Shown here: positions 1 through 12,280 of the stretch, one piece after another
Layout of the letters: the number at the start of each line of letters is the position of its first letter
Numbering within the stretch: position 1 is the stretch's first letter
DNA from: Setoptus koraiensis
Taxonomy: Eukaryota; Animalia; Arthropoda
Direction of reading: 5' to 3'
NCBI GenBank assembly: GCA_048013815.1
Contig: CM106585.1
Coordinates: 7,936,001 to 8,000,000, forward strand
Length of the DNA: 64,000 nt
Position numbers and translations under genes: made by a program
The notes under the pieces: model-generated
Seen by the model: the letters and a program-made list of their open reading frames with translations, nothing else
Databases searched by the model: none
Told to the model about the DNA's origin: nothing

Positions 1-575
1 AAGATCAAATATAGACGACAACGTTGTTGTTATGTAACGTTTTTTGCGGCGCAAACAACAACAAACTACAGAATAATTAAGTTGACTAATAAAAATAAAT
101 TGCACACCAACACTAACTAACTTGATTATTACAAACAACAAATTGTTTTATATTTTTTTATTATCTGAGAAGACATTTCATGCTTGCTAAAACTGTGATG
201 TAACTGTTAGTTGTTAACTGTTAGCTGTTAACTGTGAGCTGTTAACTGTTAAATGTTGATCGGGCAACATGTTGGAACATACGGCAAGATCTAACTAACG
301 AGTGTGCTGTGATCTGGACGATATCAGCTTACTTAACACATCTTTTGAGTCTGAAAACTTTTAACTTTAATCAGCATGAGATGATGGGCACACACACACT
401 CAAGTTTGAATGAATGAAACAGATGAAAACTTCTTTTTGCTAAAACCTCTATCTGGCGTGTGAGCACTGGGTCAGTTTCATCACTGGCTAATTGTGCTGA
501 CGACTGGCGCTGGCCAATGTAACAGCCAGCAGCATCCCCTAATCCACCTGTCGCTGGCCATTGAGTATTAGTTAA

Positions 576-580
<5 letters not shown>

Positions 581-609
<29 letters not shown>

Positions 610-1012
610 GGTTAGAGGCGGAGACACGCCGCCAGCAGCAGCAGTCCGATGAGAGTTTGTAAGAGCGTTCCGAGGCGAACATAATCATCGTCTCAAGCGG
701 CCAATGTTTGTTTTCCCAACAACAGCAACAACCACTCCAGCTACAACAGCGCCAACAGCGCCAACAACGCCAACAACAGCAGCAGCAGCAACACCAACGG
801 CAACAGCAACAACAACAACCGTGTTTACCTACATTTAGCGCTGGTGGCGAGCATCAGCGCTCAAGTGACTAGCTTGCCAGCCGGCGCGCCAGTTCCACTG
901 ACGGCAACGGTTGGCCAAGTTCGCCGAGTGACGGCAAACGTTGCGCAACAGCAACAGCAGCAACAACAACAACGGCAACGGCAACAACGACAGCAACAAC
1001 AACAACGCCAAC
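581..1012 (+). repeat. (CGA)n at 581-609 and CAA/CAG trinucleotide tracts at about 717-820 and 947-1012
   Basis: Seen directly. Confidence 0.95.
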
Positions 1013-2989
1013 AAGTGGTGATGCGTCCGTTTTTTAGTGTTGCGCCGGCGCCACCTTGCCACCCGCGCTGCACTGGCCAGTGCCAGAGCCAACAAACAAG
1101 CGAGCAGCTGATTAAGATGGTCACTTGTTACCCCTTCTTGTGCTCGCTTGGCGCTCATTGTGTCCATTTGACAGTGTCCATTTGGCGCTGTTTATTCGCT
1201 GGTGTTTGCTGGTGTTTGCCGGCGTTTGCTGGTGTTTATTTGCTGATGTCCATTGGCCAGCGACCGCTGGCGAGCTGTGCGCCGTTGTGTGCCCATCGGT
1301 GCGCCGGCCAGACCGTTATCACTGTCCCTTGGCCCGGGCGGTTGCCGTTATCGTCTGGTATCTGTTATCAGCTGTTATCAGCTGTTATCATCTGTTTGGC
1401 ATCATCAAGTGGCTGGCATGTGTAAGCTGTGATGATGTAACACACAGGTAAGTAAGTAAGTGCTGGCTGGCTCACTGGCGAATGGTGTGTGCTCTTGTTG
1501 CGCAATCTATTTTTGTTTTGCTTCTGCTAGCTCAACTAGTAAACAAAAAGTAATCTCTCTTTTATTCTCTCTTGCGCCCTCCTCTAAACTTGACTCCAAT
1601 ACTCGCCGCTAGCCGTCAGCTGGCCACTGTCGTCCAGTTAGCGCAGGCCACTGTCGTCCAGTTACTGCTGCCGGCCACTGCGACCAGCAGTAACTAGATT
1701 ACATAACTGTACAACTGTGCTGTACAGTTGTACAGTTATGCAACAGTTACATAACTGCTACTAATGTTGCCGTTCATGGAGTCGTGGCGACACTTGCCCT
1801 GGCAGCCAGCGTTTGTTTGTGTGCCGGCTGTTTAATGTTATTGTTTCCTGCTATCACCTCTGCTCTGGTCACTCCATCAGCTCCTGTCAGCTTGCCCGCC
1901 AGCTGATCGTCGAGCTGGCCATTTGTCAGTTGCCGGTTGCAAACGGTTCCATACGGTTCCATACAAATACGGCAACATCCGTGGCCGCATGCCCATCTCA
2001 TTGGGACGCACTGACAATTGTCAACAAACACACGCCAACATTACGCAACTGACAATATTCAAATGACAGCTGACAGGCAACAGTGACAAGACGCCAAGCG
2101 CAACAACGCGACAGTGTTTATAACTGTCTCTGGCCAGCACTGTTACACTGTCACTGTTCAACAGTGACCCTTACGACGGCACTGTGATGAGGCAGGCAAG
2201 TGTTTTGTTGTTCGTTTGCTCCAGCTGACAGTCTCGCCGACAGTCAGCTGACAGTCTCGCCGGCTGCCAACAGCTGACTGTCGGCCAGCAAATCAGCTGG
2301 CAACTGTCAGACTGACAAGTCAAGCGCCTGATTAAACATCGTCATCATTCAAACTTGTGTGGCTTCTGTCACTTTTGGCCGTTTCGCTGGCCCGCTCACA
2401 GCGTCACCGACACACAAACAGATTAATCTTGTGCGCCCGCAACAATTGCGCCCAACGACGGTAAATCTCGACAGCCGTCAGAGTAAGCAATCAGCGCGCT
2501 AGTTGCCTGGCCCAAAAATTGTGCCCAACTGTGCCCGATTGTGCCAAGTCGGGCGAAATCGGGCGAAATTTGCAATTTTTGCCAAGTTTTGCAAAGTTTT
2601 GCGAAAATTTGCAAAGTTTCGCGAAATTGGGCCAGTTTGGGCCGAGTGGTGCAGCCAAAATCGATCATAGGCGACCGTTAATAATAGAAAGGCGCCACAA
2701 ATGGAATGACAGTTTATTATTGTGGTCGTTATCGGCCAGACGGCCGCTTTCTGGCTCATTTGGCGCCGATCGCCGATGCGAAAGCGCCCATCGGGAGACG
2801 CTGCCCGACGCAGCCAGCAACAGCAAAGAGATTAGCACCCTGTGGCCCGCTGAAACGATGATGTGATTTTGCCGGCCCGTCAAGTTGGCGGCGGCGCATT
2901 CAGACAACGGGAAGCGGATGTGCCGGCGCTCGCTGATTGGGCCACTTGGAATGATTGTGACGGATGAAGTGAAACGATTGCAATGAAAT

Positions 2990-3062
2990 GATTGCGTTCG
3001 ATTGGATCGCGTTCGATCGGATTCGATTGGATTGGATTGGATTCGATTCGATTCGATTGGAA
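2990..3062 (+). repeat. Pentamer array (GATTG/GATTC/GATCG)
   Basis: Seen directly. Confidence 0.9.
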
Positions 3063-4201
3063 TCGTTTAATGATGCACCTGTGGCTGTGGCTGGCCGATT
3101 TCGCTTTTCGCTTTGTTGCCTCACAACGTTGTCAGACAACGTTGTCAGACCAGACGAATCGGCGCCACTGGCGGATCAACGACCTGCCCATGCGTAAAGA
3201 CAACGCCGGGCCGGCTTGAGGTGAAGCTGGCAAAGATCGCAAACAATCAATGCAACTCATTGTGAGCGCACACAACATTACGTAAACATTACGTAAACAT
3301 TACACAATATTACGTAAACATGCGTACACAACAAACATTGCGTCATCTGACATTCCGCTGGCATTACGTTGTGCAGCACATAACGTTGCGTAACATTACG
3401 ACATGTCCCAACAATACGTTATGTAACGTTGGGAGAGCGGCCGACAGAGGAGCGCGTCGGAAACGGCTTACAATCATGAGAGAGAGAGAGAGAGAGACGA
3501 ACAATTGCGCAAACAACCATGTATAAACAAGCGAGGAAAGTGAGCGATTGTGCCCGACCGAAATGCATTTTATTTTATTTTATCTCTCTGTGTCTGTGTG
3601 TGTCTCATTTAGATCATTCTAATGTTGCAATGCTCTCATGCTGTCGTGTGTGTGTTTATATTGGCTGCACTAAATAGCGGCGAAACAACGGCAAACCGTT
3701 AGCCGGCCGGGCACAGGTAAAAGCACCGAGAATAGAAACACAATGGCCAATGAATGGCTGCCTGTTTGGCGACTCGAGACCGTTGCCGTTTGCAGCTCAA
3801 ACGGCGCAAACGGCTCAATCTGGCCACTCGAAGCTCACTAAAAACTTGCCACCGTTACGTAAGACGCTCGCCCTGTCGAGCCGAGCCCATCGCCGCTAAA
3901 GATGCAGCCAGCATCTGGAGAGATCGGCAGAGTCTTTAAGTGACACACATCGGCCAACCGCCACTTTCTTGGGCGACACTCTGCGGCACTCTGCGACACT
4001 CTGCGACACTCTGCGACGATCAGCCAGATAGTATCAGCCAGATAGTGTCGGCCAGATAGTATGTGGCCATCTCACTAGGCGACTATGCGACCATCATAGT
4101 CGCACTGACAGCATCTGACAGCCAAACAAAACCAACAGCGTCCATACGACGGCTCATTGAAGACAGGTGATCCTATTTCGAGCGGCTACTACAATTTGCA
4201 C

Positions 4202-4312
4202 TGTGCCGCTACTCTCGACAACAATGACAACGGCGACAACAGCAACAGCAGCGACAGCAACAACAACGACAGCAACAACGGCGACAACAGCAACAGCGAC
4301 GACAACAACGAC
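4202..4312 (+). repeat. Mixed CAA/CAG/CGA trinucleotide tract
   Basis: Seen directly; source of the poly-T/N/V ORFs in the track. Confidence 0.9.
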
Positions 4313-4976
4313 ATGTTGCGTCGGTGTGCCTTTCGTGACCATCGTGATTAAACGATATGAGTGGGCCATTGTTGGCGTTGCCGCTGTTGTGTTGGTGAAA
4401 AGAGGGCTCGATGAAATTAATTCCAGCCTTGTCATCAATACGTCCAGCCAACGAGCATGGCTGAAACAATGGACCCTTGGACGGCTTGTGACGGTGCGCA
4501 CAACAAGTCACTGGCCAGTTGCTCACATTCACAGCGACTCACAACTTACGTTTGTAATGTCCAGTCACTGCCAGTCCAGTTAGAGCCGCTGGTGTTTATA
4601 TGCTGGACCGCGGCTCACGGCGCTTACGTAACGGCCGCTTAGCGCTTAGCAGCTATAGCCATTACGTAAGCCGTGAGCCATTGCGAGGCCGTTCGAAGCG
4701 ACCACCTTCAAATCGGATCTCGCCCAGCTCTAAACTGACCACTATCAATAACAATATCATGACTGTTTGTTGGCTGGCCAGCTTGTTTGTGTTGCCACTA
4801 AACCAACATTTACTGCAACGGCCAGTAGACCAACATTTGCTGTGTCTGTGTGCTGCTGCACCAACGTCTCAGATATTATCTCGTCTGGCCGGCTGCGAAT
4901 CAACAATCGGCTGCTCGCATCCACTCATAGTAATAATGATATTTTGCCGATTGGCAAAATATTTTATTTGGCGAGG

Positions 4977-5043
4977 CTCTCGCGACTGGCGAGCGGGACT
5001 CTGGCGACTGGCGAGCGAGACTCTGGCGACTGGCGAGCGAGAG
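4977..5043 (+). repeat. 22-bp tandem repeat x3 (ctctggcgactggcgagcgaga)
   Basis: Seen directly. Confidence 0.9.
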
Positions 5044-8000
5044 GCAGCGGCACACTTGCGCCGGCCGTCGGTCGACGAGCAATTCGAATTCAAATTCAAA
5101 TTGTTTGCGATAGAATTCTCAAATTCTCCGGCTCGCTGGCTGGCTGGCCGGCCGGCCAGCCAGCGAGCGCAAACAGACGCACAGCGACCAAGAACAATGA
5201 CGCTCGTAACGGCGCCAACCGGTAACCTTGATTCTCGCGCCGTCTTGCTCAGGTGAGAGCTGACGCTGGGATGCTGTGAGCGGCTATGCACTCACAACGG
5301 CCACTTGTTGGCCACGGACAGGCCATAAACAGAGGGTGCTGCTCCACATCGAGTGCGCCGGGCATGGGCGAGCTGGCCAACGGAACGCCAACTGGAATTT
5401 GCAATTTGGCGAGGCTGGCGAGACGGCGAGACCGAAGGGACGGCGAGAGCATCTATTGTGGCATATAACCGCTGGCTCGGGTGGCCAGTGGCTTACCTGA
5501 GCTGGCCGGGCGGCCAGAAGGGTTCAGACGGGATCAGGTTGAGCGATGGCCGGCAGAGTGCGGCCGAGTCAGGCCTTATGAAGGATACTTATGAATATGG
5601 CCATTTGCGCATGCTAATATGGTAATAGCATTATGTAATGTGTAATAACTGTTGGAGTGTTCCGGCGCCATCATGCCAGCGCCAGCCAATATGAGTTGCT
5701 CAAACGATGCTCACACTGGCCTCTCACTCACAAAGTCGAGCCACCACTCGAGCCAGTACTCAGCCGTCATGATAACGGTACAGTTTTTTAACAGTATGAC
5801 CAATATCTTAAACAGGTATTTACAGGTGAGCAGTTTACATTAAACCAGCAGCAGCAGCGACCGGTGCAACAGGTGAGAAATGATTTATGTATTATTGGCG
5901 CAAGCAACATGACGGCACAAGCGGCCCAACAATCAGCGTTTAAGTGTGTGTGTACTATTTTATTCATTGCCGTTCGTTGCCGTTCGTTGCCGTTCATTAC
6001 GGACCGGACCAGACTAGACGGATCACACATGAGTTATAATATGATGTAACACTGCATTACATATCATTACATCATCATGTTGCTGTTGCTGTTGCTGCTC
6101 ATGGCACCGATCGGCGCCATGATGGCCGCCGCCGCCGCTTCATGATGCGCATTTATCGTGGCATAATCATGACCAACGACCATCATGATTATCATTATTA
6201 TTATGCCACCATAAAGCCTAAAAAGCGACTCACTCGCTCGCTAGCGAGCTAGCCACAACTCAAGTTATAGCTCATAATTCGTAAAGAGTCTGGTCATTTT
6301 AACAACTGCCATCCATTGCCGACCACCAACACCATCAACGCCGCCAAAAGTTTAAGTGATTTCTTTTTATTCCACCCTGTTCAACTTAACCGTAATTACG
6401 CACATATTACCATATTCATTATTGTCTATTTGTGATATATTTTCATGATATACGGCACGGTCTTGCCAACACAAGCACAAGTCGCACAAATGATGCGCTG
6501 CCGTCATCGTAAACGGGCCACCATTAACTATGTGCTATCAATGTCGGCGCACTGTCATGCTCTCATCTGCATCTCAGCGAAAATCCCTCTTTGCTCACAA
6601 TTTTATTTTATCTTACATATTTTATATAAGATAATAATTTTAATTTTATATTTAGGTTAGCCGATATGAATATGGTTGCTCGCCCATTGCCGACCATATC
6701 GCACCGAAGCGCCACTTTCGCTCTTCGAACCAACAACGACAGCAACGACAGCACCGACAGCAACAGCACGGCGACCTTGATCGCGCAACGTTGCCGATAG
6801 TCGCGCATCATGTTACATAACGGCCAGCCTGTGTGTAACGGTCGTCGAAGCAGCCAGCGATAAAGATTAGGACGAATAACGACAACGAATTTGGATTAAA
6901 ATCAAACAATACGTTACAATCAATATAACACAAATATCTATGGTTGCTCTGGCCGGAGATATCGCGCTTTTGTGGTGGCATCATTTATTTTGTTGTTATT
7001 TTTTCATTTATTTCGTCATTATTTTCAATCAGTTATTCGTTTGTTCATTTGGCCAAAAGTGACCAACGCCAGCCAATGATTAATCGATCGATGATTTCAA
7101 GTGACTTCAGCTGTGCTGTGCAATTCAAAGCCAACTGGCCACTCGACTGGCCAGCGACTTGTCGCCAGATATTGGCAATTCGAGGACGATTCCGAGGCGA
7201 GCCATAACTATAAATAAAGGGATAAGCACAAGTACAATGTAATGATGATTGTCGAATGAGGACATGGTGCCGCTGCCAACAACAAAACAAAAGTCAATCT
7301 CTCATTTTGGCCATTTCTGTTCTGGCCTGTGTGTTGAATTATCTGTTATGTGTGTCGGCTTGCCCGCATCTGTATCTTGGCTATGAATTATTCTGGTCGT
7401 GTGTCCATTTAATTGATTATCGCAACCATACCGGTTGTTGTTGTTGCTGCTGTTGCTGTTGCCGTTGCCCCCATGAAGGATCATGGTTGATAACGGCGAT
7501 CATCAATGTCAATGATAAGCTCGCTTCAATCGATTATCTAAGTGGCATCTAATCTTTGCAGTGTCTCGGCCACTGGCCAGTTGGCCCTAGAAGCCAGTAG
7601 AAGCCAGTAGAAGCGGGCACCCCATTTCCACTGCAGGCTATATCGTGTCGGGACTGCTTTCCATCTCAGCTGCTTGAGAAATGGCGTTTCATCATCAAAT
7701 TGGGCGATTCATCGCCGCTCAAAAGTGATCGCCGCTCGATCGAACGCTTATCGCTCTCGATCGAGTTCGACAGGGCGCAAATTCAAGTGCCGATGTTAAT
7801 CTTATCTCTCTTGCGACCAGATAAAAGCGAATAGGTCACTCGCCACTGCACACACTGCAAACACATAATACTGTAAATACTGTAAATACTGTAAATACAC
7901 ACAAATAATAATGTTTTATCGAAATGGAGGCCATCGCGAAAGTGAAACAGCCTTCGTCGCGCTCCTCGGCACACATTCTCGGCACATATCGCCGGACCGT

Positions 8001-8294
8001 TGCACCAAACAGTCATATAAATATATAATGTATGAACAGTTATTGCTGTCATGGGTCGCTCGCCAGGTCGCAATGTTTCAAATCGGCACACGAATCAAAC
8101 CGAACAGATCACACAGAGGATATTTGCATTGCTGACCATTAATTTATGTTGCTCATTATGTTATTTATCAAACGAGTTGCAGTTGGTGGCTTATCGATAA
8201 GCCACCAATTAGTTTGATGGCGCGCACAGGATACGCAAACGACTTGTGGGGCTCATTAGCTTTTTTGCGCTCTCGCTCAGGCAAAGGCATAAAT

Positions 8295-8410
8295 AAAGGG
8301 ATAGATGAAGGGATAGATGAAGGGATAAATGAAGGGATAAATGAAGGGACAAATGAAGGGATAAATGGAGGGACAAATGAAGGGATAAATGGAGGGATAA
8401 GCATGAAGGG
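8295..8410 (+). repeat. 12-bp purine-rich minisatellite (gaagggataaat) x about 9-10
   Basis: Seen directly. Confidence 0.95.
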
Positions 8411-9894
8411 CCGGCAAAAAATAATGCCAAACTGATGTTGGTTGCTGGTTGCCGGCGTCTGTGCGCCACATCCGGCCGTGTGCTTGCGACCGAGTGACAG
8501 TCGATTAGCGGTCGATCATGATCATTGATCATTGATGCGATGAAATTGGCCCAATGAAGTTGGCAATCGCAAGTGTTTCCGAAACGAAATATTTCGAAAT
8601 GCCGATCAAGTGGCGATGAAATTTCACAGCACAGCCAATGCTCAGATGCAGTTTGTGTGGCGCGATTTGCCAGGCAACCGGAGCGGGCGTAAGTAGATTA
8701 GGTAGTCATGGCAACTCGGCTGACATTTGTGGCTGATATCGCTGCGATCCTGCGATGTTGTGATATTACGATATTGTGATATCGCGATGTTGTGATATCG
8801 CGATATTGTGATATAGCGATATCGCGATACTGCCAGCCGGTATCGGCTAGGTCGTCAACCTTTGCTCAGCAAAGTTTGCCGGTGTCTGGCCGTTGGTCAT
8901 GTCATTAGCATGAGCTTGCCACAATGTATGTTTTTGTTGGACATGATCATTAGAGTGATCTCATCGAAAGCGCTGGCCACTTTCTCGCTGGCGACTTTCT
9001 CGCGGGCAACTCTCTCGCGGGCAACACTGACAGCGCCGGCAAAGTGCGCCGAACAGCGGCAACACTGTGGCCGCTCTGGTATCTGGTGCAACTCGCTGGC
9101 CGCTCATGATTGTTGCGTAATTGTGATTGTGTTGTTACCGTTAATATCATGTTTGTGTGTGTGTGTGTGCACACAGTCGCTACTCACAATCAGTGCTCAC
9201 AGCGAGTATTGCGTCAGTCGGTTGCGTGAGTCACATTTTATGCAAATCAATCAGCGGTGGCGGCGGCGGCGGCGGCAGCACTAGCCGGCTATTGGTGTGG
9301 TTAGTGCGGTTAGCGGACAGGTTGCGACGGTATGCGGTTGTTGCGCAACCGCACAATGGTGAGACGCGCAAACAATGAACAAGTGACAACAATTAGAACA
9401 TGAGTTTTTGCCTCCTTTTGGCCATTTCCATTGTTATTAGTTTGACACTAGCACAAAAATGATGGCCCGTTTCGGGGCTCGGCCGGTCGCTAGTCGCCGG
9501 TCGCCGGTCGTTGTTGGTGTTGCTGTCGTTGTTGGTGTTGTTGTTGTTGTTGCTGTTGTTGTTGCTGTTGCATCATCGTGCCAGTTTACATGACAGTTTG
9601 ATGAACACAAACACTCGCACACACAACATGCAGGACACATATGCAAATATTTATCATGACTTATGGTCATTGTTTGTCCAACAACACGGCCAAAACATGA
9701 GCAGCAACATGCACAACAGCAGACAATGCAGCCAGCCCAGACTGTGGCCACATTCGCCGAACACGGACAATGCGACAGGGCACACAATATAAACAACAAG
9801 TCGGCCCGAGCAACTCGAGGAGCTCCAGCAATCCGAGCAGCTCTAGCAATTCGAGCAACGAAGCTCCATTTCTCGAATTGCGCGCTTGCTGCGG

Positions 9895-9961
9895 CCACTG
9901 GACAGTCTCGCGGGCCACTGGACAGTCTCGCGGGACAGTCTCGCGGGACAGTCTCGCGGGC
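9895..9961 (+). repeat. Tandem ggacagtctcgcgg units (14/20 bp) x4
   Basis: Seen directly. Confidence 0.9.
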
Positions 9962-12179
9962 CAGCAACAGGCGCATAAATCGTGCTGACACTATAATAAT
10001 AATGGTAATAATAATAGTAATAATATGTAATAGCTTATCAACGGACGGCCAGTGGTCAGCGGCGAGAAAGTGAGCCGACTCACCTGTCCTGTGCTGTTGG
10101 TGACTGTCGCTTGGTGCGTAATGTGCCTTTTATAACGGCAGTCAGCAGTGAGAGGCCCTTTGTCAGAGTGTGTGTGTGTGTAACGGAGTAAGCGAGCGAG
10201 AAAAACAAACGACAATTATCTTGTTGTGGCGCAACATATTAATTAGCCATTGTTGAGATGCTCACGTTGCTGCTATATCCACACATATCCACACATATCC
10301 ACATATATCCACATGTAGCAGCAACATATGAATATGTGAGTGCGTTCATCTAAATTTAACTCACTTGGGCCAATCTGTGCCGACCACTCGATTCGAGTGA
10401 CTCGATTCGAGTGACTCCAAGTGGAATAGCCATACTATTGTTGCATGATTGCAACAACGAGCTTGCCGGCCGTCACAATGAATGGTGCCAGCAGCGCAAC
10501 AAAAGACGCCGTTCGTGACACTGGCTTCCTGGCAACGCTAACCGGCCCGACAAGCGGCCGCCTGTTGCCGATAAATACACCGACCGCTTGTTTGCCGCCT
10601 GATCATGTTGGTAATTGGAGAAAAATTTATCCCTCTCTCACAGTTTTCATACAGTATCGGTCGTATCAGTTGTGTCTGTTGAACCTGTTGTATCTGTTGT
10701 ATCTGTCGTATCTGTCGTATCTGTTGTATCAGCGCATATGAGCTAATTTCTCTCTGTTTCTGGCTCGCACTGTGTCAGCCACACTGTTGTTGAGACTCTA
10801 TCAGACGATATCTGATAGAGGCGCAACGACACAGTCAACGACACAGTCAACAACACAGCCAACAACACAGCCAACAACGGAGCGGCCGGCCAAATGATTT
10901 GGCCAGACAGCGACACACCGGCCAACGAACGACGGCTCGCACGAACACTGTCTCATTGTGATTGGCGCTTTGTTTCCTGCATCTGTTTTTAACTTTTTAA
11001 AACTGATCGCCATCACGAGCGATCGGCTCGCTCGACGGCCCGATCAGGCCGAGCTCCGATCGGGCCGACATCGCATCGAGCCGACATCGCATCGGGCCGA
11101 CATGAGACATGCGATCGAGCCGATCGGGCCATCCGATTGAGCCGATCGAGCCGATTGAGGCATCACTCGCCAATTTAAACTATCGCACTTTGGCAAAGTG
11201 ACTTTGCAAACTTACTTTCTCTTTCTTTTTGCTCTCGTTTGTGTGTCATGCAAATTGTATCGCTTGCCAAAATGGGCACGATCCTCCATTATGCTTCCTC
11301 TCTCATTTGTTGTTCGCTTTGTGCAAGCGCTTTGTCGTTTGTGTGCATCGGTGCAACATATTACATGATACATATTACATAATACATATTACATAATACG
11401 CATATTACCTAATATTGCAGTCATTGCATAATACGCATATTTATACAATGTGCGTATGCAAATGACTAATCGAAATGAATCATTTAGCCGCTCTAATGAT
11501 AATAATGTGTTATAATGATCGCTGGCAGCATCATAGGCCGCATCTTGAGAGTGGCCATGTTTATCATTATGTTTATGTTTATGTTCACGATTATGATTCT
11601 GGCGCTGGCTCTCATTCTCATTCTCATTCTGATTCTGATTCTGATGAGCCAATTACCAGTCTTGTGTGTGACTCAAACTTTACCTGGCGAGCTCGGCCAG
11701 CTCGGCGTGCTGCCTGCTGCCTGCTGATGTTAGTTAGTGGCAAAGAGTGATCACCTTTGGGCACTAACTAACTCGCTAACATGGTGTTAGTAACACGGTC
11801 ATAACATGGACATTATGTAACATTGCTTAAATAACAGAATTGATGATGATGACCGAGTGAAAGTTGTTTGCTGTGTGCTTGCTGTTTGCAAGCAAACAAA
11901 ACAAAAATAGGATCAAATGCATCAACGCCGATGCATGGCCCAAATTATTACGGCAACATGCAAATGCAGGCTAATAATACGCAACAACAACAACAATAAT
12001 TTTGAATATTGACCCCTGCACAAGCCGGACTAAATTTAATTCAATCATAAATAGACAGATGCGACGACGACCGTCGGCATTGGCGCCCCCGGGGTAATCC
12101 CCGTCCCGGGGCATAGGCACACAGGTGACACACACACACACACTTGTTGCTATTTCTTCTCCACTGACCTCGCACCAGT

Positions 12180-12280
12180 GACCAGCTGACCAGCTGACCA
12201 GCTGACCAGCTGACATGGGCCTAACTGACACGGCACTACAACTGACACGGCACTACAACTGACACGGCACTACAACTGAC
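12180..12280 (+). repeat. Adjacent tandem arrays (gaccagct)x4 and (actgacacggcactaca)x2-3
   Basis: Seen directly. Confidence 0.85.
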
